A stretch of 64,000 nt of DNA, from contig OX597822.1 in assembly GCA_951406725.2 (NCBI GenBank), positions 64,046,001 to 64,110,000 on the forward strand. Reading direction: 5' to 3'. The translations under genes and the position numbers were made by a program. Origin of the DNA: Octopus vulgaris (taxonomy: Eukaryota). How positions within the stretch are numbered: the first letter of the stretch is position 1; each line of letters begins with the position of its first letter. Shown here piece by piece: positions 54,206 through 64,000 of the stretch. The notes beneath the pieces were generated by a model. It had not been told where the DNA came from. It ran no database searches and saw only the letters and a list, made by a program, of their open reading frames with translations.

Positions 54206-54900
54206 TTATATCTATATGTGTGCACATATATGTGTGTGTGTATGTGTGTGTGTGTTTGTGTGTATGTGTGTGTGTGTGTGTGTGTGCGTGTGTATACATG
54301 TGTCATACACACAGAATAAAAGAACAAGAATGAACAACGCAAACGTTTGCTACATGTGTTTCCATAGCGTGGTCTTTTATTCAACAATACATAACATTGC
54401 ATAACTTCATATAAATTACATTAAGTTTATTGTTTCATCGAGCTATATTCAGCCTTTTATAAGCAAAGTCAAACTGTGAAGAAATATGTTTGCAGATAAA
54501 TATATTGAAATCGCAACACATTTCATCAGTGTTATTTTGCTTGTAAAAGACTCATGGCCTGATGAAGTGCCGGGATGGTGCACTAATATTAAGCTATGTA
54601 ATATATAATATTTTGCATAATTGAATAAATTACCACTCTATGGAAACGCGTGTAGGAAAAATCTGAGCTGTCCATATTGTTCCGTTGCTATATTATACAC
54701 CGCGTAATGTATACTGCTTCTTGATGCTACGTAAATGGATTTACGGGATGCTAACGTCGGTTTAACATCGCAATGGCCGCTGTATTGGTTGATTAGGACT
54801 ATTTATGCATTCTTTTTCAGTACCTTGTTAATTTGATATACCCCTTGGAGTGCTACCAAGTAAACTGCCAGGATCATTTAAATTCCCACTACTTTAAACA

Positions 54901-54957
<57 letters not shown>

Positions 54958-55186
54958 TAAGCACTTTTGTACGCATGTACAAGAGTGGAGCCGCTATTGA
55001 TAGTATCTGTGACCGAACTTTGAGTCACATTTGCCATTAAGAGCAACATTGAAACAAAACCGGAGCTTGGTCCTTATCTAAAGGCTCGTGGTAAAGAAAC
55101 TAGCCGTACATATTATATATGTATATGACTGCATTGAGGAAATGGTTAGTCTCGAAACCGTTTCAAAACCCAACATGTAAGTGTTC

Positions 55187-55248
<62 letters not shown>

Positions 55249-55390
55249 GTGTTTTTGAGTGTGTGGTGTGTATGGGCGTAGCCGCACTTTCGAGTTCCCA
55301 TTTATTGAAAATGGATACCTTATTAACTGATAAATTGGCGAAAAACAAAATTAAAACAAATGTTAATTAATTATTATATTTGTGTGGGAA

Positions 55391-55982
55391 GGCGGCGAGC
55401 TGGTAGAAACGTTAGCGCGTCGGGCGAAATGCTTAGCGGCATTTCGTCTGCCGCTACGTTCTGAGTTCAAATTCCGCCGAGGTCGACTTTGCCTTTCATC
55501 CTTTCGTGGTCGATTAAATAAGTACCAGTTACGCACTGGGGTCGATATGATCGACTTAATCTGTTTGTCTGTCCTTGTTTGTCCCCTCTGTGTGTAGCCC
55601 CTTGTAGGTAGTAAAGAAATAGGTATTTCGTCTGCCGTTACGTTGTGAGTTCAACTTCCGCCATGGTCGACTTTGCCTTTCATCCTTTCGGGGGTCGATT
55701 AAATAAGTACCAGTTACGCATTGGGGACGATGTAATCGACTTAATCTGTTTGTCTGTCCTTGTTTTCCCCCTCTGCGTGTAGCCCCTTGTGGGCAGTAAA
55801 GAAATAGGTATTTCACCTGTCTTTATGTTATGTTCTGAGTTCAACTTCCACCATGGTCAGCTTTGCCTTTCATCCTTTCGGGGTCGATAAATTAAGTACC
55901 AGTTGCGTACTGGAGTCGGATCTAATTTAACTGCCCCCTCCCCCAAAATTTCGGGCCTTGTGCCTAGAGTAGAAAGGATTAT
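55391..55982 (+). mobile_element. Family-B SINE array: head, two young units, one old unit
   Basis: AAAGAAATA|GGTATTTC junctions at ~55621 and ~55806; last unit ends in the older tail. Confidence 0.9.
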
Positions 55983-56216
55983 ATTTGCGTGGAGCTGGCT
56001 TGGTGTGGGTGCGGGGTCCGATCATAGCGCAACTCGAAGAAAACGGTTAATGATGTTTTCTTACCCTTTACGCTTCGAAGGCAACATCAGCAACAATCTT
56101 CGTCATCAATCTTCCCGTACAGTTTTCGTGTGCATCGGACAACAAGACGTCTACAATAATTCCTGTTTTTGAGCATGGTCACCCGCATTTTCCTTAGTGA
56201 TACTTAGTTGCTTCAG

Positions 56217-56603
56217 TGGAGGCGCAATGGCCCAGTGGTTAGGGCAGCGGACTCGCAGTCGTAGGATCGCGGTTTCGATTCCCAGACCGGGCGTTGTGAG
56301 TGTTTATTGAGCGAAAACTCCTAAAAGCTCCACGAGGCTCCGGCAGGGATGGTGGTGATCCCTGCTATACTCTTTCACCACAACTTTCTCTCACTCTTAC
56401 TTCCTGTTTCTGTTGTACCTGTATTTCAAAGGGTCGGCTTTGTCACTCTCTGTGTCACGCTGAATATCCCCGAGAACTACGTTAAGGGTACACGTGTCTG
56501 TGGAGTGCTCAGCCACTTTACACGTTAATTTCACGAGCAGGCTGTTCTGTTGATCGGATCAACCGGAGCCCTCGTCGTCGTAACCGACGGAGTGCTTCCA
56601 TCC
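56217..56603 (+). mobile_element. Full-length family-C tRNA-derived SINE with 15-bp TSD
   Basis: ACTTAGTTGCTTCAG at 56202-56216 and 56604-56618; A box TGGCCCAGTGG, B box GTTTCGATTCC. Confidence 0.92.
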
Positions 56604-57272
56604 ACTTAGTTGCTTCAGATCTATTTTCAATGTAGTGCGATCATGGCTCGATTAAGACTCAGAGAGGCCCTAAGCCACTTAAAAATTTTTTTGATGCCCC
56701 CATATATATATATATATATATATAAACGGAACAAAAACGCAATAGAGTGTATTAAGACGTTCGGACAGATAGACGACACAAAGGCGGTCCAAATGAAACA
56801 AGAATTAGAAGGACAAGCAAATATGACGGGTCATCTTTGGCTTGTCAACTGACTGCGGTCATGCTGGAGCACCGCCTTTAGTCCAACAAATCGACCCCAG
56901 GACTTATTCTTTGTAAACCTAGTACTTATTCTATCGGTCTCTTTAGCCGAACTGCTACGTTACGGGGACGTAAACACACAAACATCGGCTGTCAAGTGAT
57001 GGTGGTGGTGGTGAGGGACAAACACAGATACGCTGACATACATTTTTCAGTCCATACTTTTTTAATTGCAAAGTGTTTGATCAGATCCTCACTGAACACT
57101 TCGAAATTATATTTCCTACCACCACCAATGTTGATTATGCTGCTTTCCATTTCAAAAAATATATATAACTGTTCTTCATGGTTTTGATATTGACGACGAT
57201 GGTGATAATGATGATGACGATGATAATGTCGCTCACACTCCATACACAAATGCACTCACACTCAAACCCGTT

Positions 57273-57307
<35 letters not shown>

Positions 57308-57333
57308 GTACATATAGTGTATGTCTGTGTGTG

Positions 57334-57364
<31 letters not shown>

Positions 57365-57421
57365 GTTTCTTTATTACCCACAAGGGGCTAAACATAGAGG
57401 GGACAAATAAGGACATATATA

Positions 57422-57480
<59 letters not shown>

Positions 57481-57738
57481 GTGAGAGAGAGAGAGAGATG
57501 TGTGTGTGTGTACTTATATATTTTTTTCTACTCTAGGCACAAGGTCCGAAATTTTTAGGGAGAGGGTCAGTCAATCAGATGGACTCCAGTGCGCAAATAA
57601 TGGTACTTAATTTATCGACCCCGCAAGGATGAAAGGCAAAGTCGACCTCGGCTGAATTTGAACTCAGAACGTAATGGCAGACGTGAACATACATACATGC
57701 ATACACACATACATACATACATACATACATACATACAT

Positions 57739-57825
<87 letters not shown>

Positions 57826-57837
57826 AATATATATATA

Positions 57838-57966
57838 AAGTTAATCCAAGCAAGAAAACAAAAAGACAACAACGCGAGGATGTGGAACAAATAAAGTATT
57901 ATTGGACGCTCAGGAAAGACGGGAAGAAAGGGTATGACGTTTCGAGCGGAGCTCTTCGTCGGATGC
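57838..57966 (-). mobile_element. Penelope-like 3' end fragment with a minimal type-I hammerhead variant (57932-57966)
   Basis: rc: GCAT-CCGACGA-A-GAGC-TCC-GCTC-GAAA-CGTC-ATAC; ends in (TA)n. Confidence 0.6.
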
Positions 57967-58695
57967 AGCTTGTGCGCGTGCGCGTCTTTCTCAGTGAGTG
58001 AGTGTGTATGTGGGTCTTTCTATACGAGCGTGTGAGGCTTTTTTGTCTTTTATTTTTTTTTTTTTTCGAATGACTGTTATACCTGAGTCTGTTCTGAACG
58101 AGTGCGTCAGACTGAGTGCGTGAGTGCGCGTTTTTATCTATAAAGATATCGTATCTCCGGACTGAAACAGATGGATTCTCAATTATGCATAGGAACGGTT
58201 CCCCTTAATAGCAAAGCAATATCATGGTTTTACACACAGTTGTGTTGTGTTGTGTGGTGTCGTGATCTGTGTTTGCGGCTAACTCGGAAGTCGTGTAGCT
58301 CCAGTCTGGCCTGATCTGGGGTGGGTGGGGGTGAGCAGATCTGTTCACAGTTGTTGCCAATGTAGTCAGTCAGTCAGTCAGCCTTCCACCACTTCAGAGA
58401 GACAGACTGACAGACATTAAAGTTGCCTTTAATACGTAAGTCATATGTAAGACTTGCACACACACGCATTTTATAACTTCCCTGCTGTGTCTGTGTGTGC
58501 GTGCTTCTGTCGCGTTCGCAATCGCGTATGAATGATCTTGTGTGTACGTGTGTGTGTGTGTGCACGCGTGTGATGTCAACAACGCTTAAGCGTATATTCT
58601 GCAAAACACGTGGTGTGTGTGTGTGTGTGTGATTCCTTGTGTATGTATGTATGTCTCTGTGAGTGTTTCTGTGTATGTATTCTGTGTATACACAC

Positions 58696-59335
58696 GAGCT
58701 GGCAGAATCGTTACCGTACTCTTAAACTTTACTCTTTTTTACTCTTTCACTTGTTTCAGTCATTTTGACTGTGGCCATGCTGGAGCACCGCCTTTAGTTG
58801 AGCAAATCGACCCCAGGACTTATTCTTTGTAAGCCTTAGTATTTATTCTATCGATCTCTTTTGCCGAACCGCTAAGTTGCGGAGACGTAAACACACCAGC
58901 ATCAGTTGTCAAGCGATGTTGGGGGCACAAACACAGACACACAAACATACACACACATACACACACACGCACATATATACATACATACATACATATATAC
59001 ATACATACATACATACGATGGGCTTCTTTCAGTTTCCGTCTACCAAATCCACTCACTTGCTCAAGGTGCCACGCAGTGGGACTGAACCCGGTACCATGTG
59101 GTTGGTAAGCAATCTATTTACCACACAGCCACTCCTGCGCCTATTACTTGGCAAAAATGCTTGGCAGTATTTCGTCCATCTTTACGTTCTGAGTTCAAAT
59201 TCCGCCCAGGTCGACTTTACCTTTCATCCTCTCAAGATCGATAAAATAAGTACCAGTCGAGTACTGGGGTCGATGTAATCGACTATCCCCCTCCTCCAGA
59301 TTTCAGGCTTTGTAACTATAGTCTATTTAAAGGAT
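58696..59335. mobile_element. Family-A SINE (58741-59142, -) nested in a family-B SINE (+)
   Basis: B head GAGCTGGCAGAATCGTTA at ~58697 resumes at ~59150 AAATGCTTGGCAGTATTTCG. Confidence 0.85.
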
Positions 59336-60074
59336 TAACATGCATAAAAACTCATGACCATATATGCACACACACTTTACTCCACACAAGGACACATATG
59401 GAGACACGTGTTCGCACATATAGAGATGCACATCCATACATACAAACATAGTAGATAGTTGCAAAACACACACACACACAGACATGCACACACAAGGAGA
59501 CAGAGGTGCATACATATACAAACACACGCTCACACACACACACATACATATAACATACATAAACACGGACATGCAAGCACATGAATATGCAGAATATATA
59601 CATACAGATGCACACACATACATATATACATATGCATACACACACATGTATACATACACACACATGCATACATACATACATACATACATACATACATACA
59701 TACATACATACATACATACGTACATGCAGGTACCCCGCACCATGTTTTGGGGAAGCAAGCTTATACAGAATATACATATGCATGTGAAAATGTGTATAAA
59801 TAACTAAAGGAGCCTAATACTGCAGGGCATTTTCCCCTGTTCCATCAATTCTGCCCATTTGATAATCTTGGAAGATTTATATGGAATAAAGAAATTGTGA
59901 AAATACACAGTTTCGAGTTGAATATAGTTGAAATGAAACCGAGTGGCAAGTCAGCAGAAATGGTTCATTGACGTATTCAAAGTGCTGCATTTTATCGTTG
60001 TAAGTTTCTCTGTTCCTGTTTTACCGAGACTAACTTAACAGTTTCTGCCTCTGGTAGAGATAAAATGATTATCA

Positions 60075-60190
60075 GTCTATAAATATTTTTAAAGTTTTTT
60101 TTTAATTCATAAAAAGTTAACCGAAAAAATAATTATTATGTCTATAAATATTTTTAAAGTTTTTTTTAATGCATAAGAAGTTAACCGAAA
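60075..60190. repeat. ~65-bp tandem duplication
   Basis: GTCTATAAATATTTTTAAAGTTTTTTT..AAGTTAACCGAAA twice. Confidence 0.85.
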
Positions 60191-60534
60191 TATGTAAAAT
60201 GATGCTGATAAATATGGATACAGACAAGATATTGTTTTACTTTGCATAAGTTGTTTAATGATTCAGTTATATTTCGGGAAACGTTCTCCTTATCAAATGA
60301 AGATAAAAAGAGATAATTCAAGAGTTAAGAAAAAAAGTCATATGAACGTCAGCTCAACCGATATTTTGCCTAACCTCCAAACTGCAGTACTTAAAAAATT
60401 AAAATATTTATATTATTTACACATTACACAACTTCATGCAAACTACACTAAGCAGTTATCAGTCTGGTATAAACTGTTCCTCAGTTGTAAGGTTTTATGC
60501 TAATTGTACGAAATAAATTTTCTATAATGTAGCA

Positions 60535-60656
60535 GATTGACAGAATGGATAGTGTTTGATACCTAATTCGTTATGTTTCTTTACGTTCTTAGTTGATTGA
60601 CAGAATGGATAGTGTTTGATACCTAATTCGTTATGTTTCTTTACGTTCTTGGTTGA
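60535..60656. repeat. Near-perfect 60-bp tandem duplication
   Basis: GATTGACAGAATGGATAGTG...TTACGTTCTT at 60535 and 60595. Confidence 0.95.
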
Positions 60657-60689
60657 ATACATATTATCATTCAACCAAACATAACCTTA

Positions 60690-61010
60690 CAAAACAGTTG
60701 GATATACCATTAGTTAGTCTGGGATAATCTTTCCAGTTAGATACCTCATTAGCTGGTCATGGAGAACACTACAGAATAGCTGGGTTTGTTATTAGTTTAC
60801 TTGCAAGCCCCGGATAACACTACAGACTAGTTAGATAGGTCATTAGCCCAGTTAATACTATGTAACAGATGGATGTGACATTAGTTCACTTAGGATAACA
60901 TTTAGAATAGGTACAAACGTTACAAACGTCATTATTAACTTAGGATACTGGTATGAAACAAGACAGTTAATGACATCCTTCAGTTTGGTGTAACACTACA
61001 AAACGGCTTT
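60690..61010. repeat. Old degenerate ~40-45 bp minisatellite
   Basis: Recurrent AGTT(A/G)GATA..CATTAG..GGATAACACTACA, about 7-8 units. Confidence 0.6.
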
Positions 61011-61699
61011 ATACACCTGGTATAATATAGGCGTTGGAGTGGCTGTGTGGTAAGTAGCTTGCTTACGAACTACGTGGTTCCGGGCTCAGTTCCATGCCGG
61101 GTTCAATTATATGCCGGTTTCAGGACAGCGAAATGGCAGAGTCGTTAGAGCATCGGACAAAATGTCTTCAGGTATTTGTTCTGCATGTGTTCTGAGTTCA
61201 AATACAACCAAGCTCGGCTTTATGCTTTACCTTCGATCTCTTCCGGGTTTGATAAAATGAAGTACCAGTCCAGGGAAGGGGTTTGGCAGAATCTTTAGAA
61301 CGTCAGCTGAGATATCTTGCGGTATTTGCTCCTGTTATTTGTGTTTTGCCTTCTTGCACGTTAGACTTAATCTGTCATTCATCTTAAAATCACCACTTAG
61401 CATCTTGAGTAGCTTTAGTAGGGTTCAGTGTACTGCAAGCATTCAAGCTAGTTCCCCAGTTTGAGGATAATCATCGTATTGGATGGCATATCAAAGTACC
61501 AGCTGAGCGCTGGGATCGATGTAACCGACTCAGCTACTCTTGGGTTTGATATATAAAAAAGAACTGCATCCTTCTGACAAGCCATGTCGAGCCAGTGTAA
61601 CATAGAAGGCTCATCAAACCAGTATGATCTCAAGCCATTGTCTTGTGTAGAGAACATGCTGAGGCCTTCGTTCTGCAGTGGGCTGATCATGAGTAACCT

Positions 61700-61918
61700 A
61701 ATCCAATTCCGATGGCATATAAGATACACTGCACTCACCAAAAAAGAAAGAAAATGTCTAAAAACCATACAGGGTCTTATATGCGAAGTTAGCTGTTCTA
61801 TAGACATTATTGCACTAAAACCTTTTCCACCTGAATATGCGCTGCTGAAATTGCGGGTGCATCTAATATGTTCGTGCATCTAATATGCTCGTGCATCTTT
61901 TGTGCCTCAAATACAGTA
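61700..61918. mobile_element. pogo/Tc2-like MITE remnant
   Basis: Right end GGTGCATCTAATATG (repeated)...CAAATACAG-TA; left GGCATATAAGATACAC. Confidence 0.45.
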
Positions 61919-62571
61919 CACTTTATCCTTCTCGACAATCATGAAGAAATGAGGGTTAAGGGTGCTGCACCTAACCTTTTATTTCTTCAGGACCGAGTAG
62001 CTTGAAAAATATTAACCGAACAAAAAATCACCCAGCATGAAAGACTATTTCTCCAACGAGGAATCATCTAAATTTTGCTGAACGGCTTCCGCTTCGTAGA
62101 CTCAAGGCTAGTATCTTTATTTTCATATCTGTTTCACTTCATTTTATCTTTAAAAATCTATATTTAATGCTATGTACAGCATTGAAAAATTAACTCTCAT
62201 TTAAATTTCCTAATGGTAGAGATATAATCCTCCATAAATGTATACTGATGAGATATACTGATGAGATATATGTAGAAACGCGTCTGCAGATGATGGAAAG
62301 GAAACTTAAATGTGCTCACAATATAGAATAATGGTTAATTTTAAGAGGGTACTAATTTTCGAATTCTGTACTTTACAATGGACATGACAATTACGAATCC
62401 GAAAAGAAAAGAAGGAACAGCCATGCAATCGGAAGGGAATGAAAAAAAGGGTCCTGATGTGAGTGAATGATATAACAATACTCTCTGCCCCCCTCTCTAT
62501 CTCTCCATACATGCATGCATACATTATTTATATCATATGTGTGCATACATACATACATTATTTATATCATA

Positions 62572-62602
<31 letters not shown>

Positions 62603-63098
62603 TTATATATATATATGAATATATCATATATGTGTATATATGTATAGACACGTGCACACACACGTATATATATATATACACACACACTTGCACGCATTGA
62701 TCTGTGTGTGTATATCTATATAGATAGATATACAGCTATAGATAGATATACAGATATAGATAGATATACGTATATTACAAATGTCACAGCGACGTTCTAC
62801 TTTCTGTTTAATGTTGGATCATAGTAAAAGTCACTGCAAGTCACTTATATATAAAAGGAAAAAAAAAAAGTATGAAAGTAACTAATGACATTTAGATTAT
62901 ATTTCAAACGCATACCACATACATCTGTGTATATATGGGACCAAGCTTGCGTACATTTACATGTGTATTGTCCTCTGAAAGAACGCTCATAACAAGACAG
63001 TGAGAAAACACGACGGGGTGAACGAGTAATGTCGAACGAATATGTTTGTGTATATATATATATATATATGCATACATATATATATATATATACATATA

Positions 63099-63248
63099 GG
63101 CGCAGGAGTGGCTGTGTGGTGAGTACCGAGCACATGGTTCCGGGTTCGTTCCCACTGCGTGGCACCTTGGGCAAGTGTCTTCTACTACAGCCTCGGGCCG
63201 ATCAAAGCCTTGTGAGTGGATTTGGTAGACGGAAAGAAGCCCCTCGTA

Positions 63249-63337
<89 letters not shown>

Positions 63338-63549
63338 TTGTGTGTCCAAGTTCGTCCCCCAGCATGGGGTCCATTGTTGGGTCCCCCAACAAGGAACTAA
63401 GTCGATTACATCGACCCCAGTGCGTAACTGGTACTCAATCGATCCCGAAAGTATGAAAGGCAAAGTCGACCTCGGCGGAATTTCAACTCAGACGAAATAC
63501 TGTTAAGCATTTCGCCCGGCGTGCTAACGATCCTGCCAGCTCGCCGCCA
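63099..63549. mobile_element. Family-A SINE (+, 63099-63365) abutting a family-B SINE (-, 63395-63549)
   Basis: Family motifs of both. Confidence 0.85.
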
Positions 63550-63602
63550 TGTATTGCGTTGTAATCCCATCATGACGATCGCACGGGTTCACGTGACTCT
63601 CT

Positions 63603-64000
63603 GTCGCTACCCAATTCTAGTTTTCATATTTGAATTGGGAGCTTGATTCATAATGAATCTTTCATTAGCTAATTGCACAACCATGGACGCTGCCCTTATG
63701 GATGTGTCGTAATTACTCTCGATAGAGTTTGCTAATCCTGACCGTTGATCTAAGTTTTCTCCGCTCAACGTCAATGTAAGAAACACGGTTGTCTGAGTTG
63801 AGCTCTTCTGCTGCGTCTAACACAATCCGCCATACTACCATCGCATGACTTCGCCGTATCCTTGGTAGGGTAGCTGAACGGCTGCTATCAGTCGCTACCC
63901 AATTCTAGTATTCATATTTGAATCGGGAGCTCGAATCATAATGAATCTTTCGTTAGCTGATTAGACAACCATGGACACTGCTCCTATGGATGCGTTGCAG
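63603..64000. repeat. 288-bp-period direct repeat running off the window end
   Basis: GTCGCTACCCAATTCTAGT at 63603 and 63891, similarity continuing to 64000. Confidence 0.85.

Noticed and set aside
56217-56290. Functional tRNA gene
   Set aside because: No acceptor stem; it is the head of a TSD-flanked SINE.
59327-59807. 143-aa Cys/Val/Met/Tyr-rich ORFs
   Set aside because: Translations of (CA)n/(TACA)n microsatellites.
61448-61883. 143-aa and 99-aa overlapping ORFs
   Set aside because: Span SINE and MITE remnants; no recognisable protein motif.

Overview
AT-rich, microsatellite-dense eukaryotic genomic DNA with no recognisable complete protein-coding gene. The repeat complement (abundant tRNA-derived SINEs, (TA)n/(CA)n tracts, MITEs) looks like an octopus or other coleoid cephalopod intron/intergenic region; this is an inference. 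Almost all ORF-track entries are artefacts of SINEs or simple repeats. Protein-derived sequence is limited to a 5'-truncated RTE-type LINE C-terminus (3551-3933, -) and two inverted Tc1/mariner transposase C-termini forming an ~840-bp fold-back (16267-17104). Repeat family letters A-E are my own labels. Most interesting signals: (1) a young SINE-B tail module nearly always joined to a GGTA(A)TTTC site found inside its own SINE family, with one TSD showing that site is target DNA, i.e. an apparently self-targeting SINE; (2) degenerate minimal hammerhead ribozymes in Penelope-like 3' ends; (3) a TSD-bracketed composite SINE-D+B insertion; (4) a pre-miRNA-like hairpin at 34233-34304; (5) templated inverted duplications; (6) tentative minus-strand promoters and exons of an unidentified host gene.
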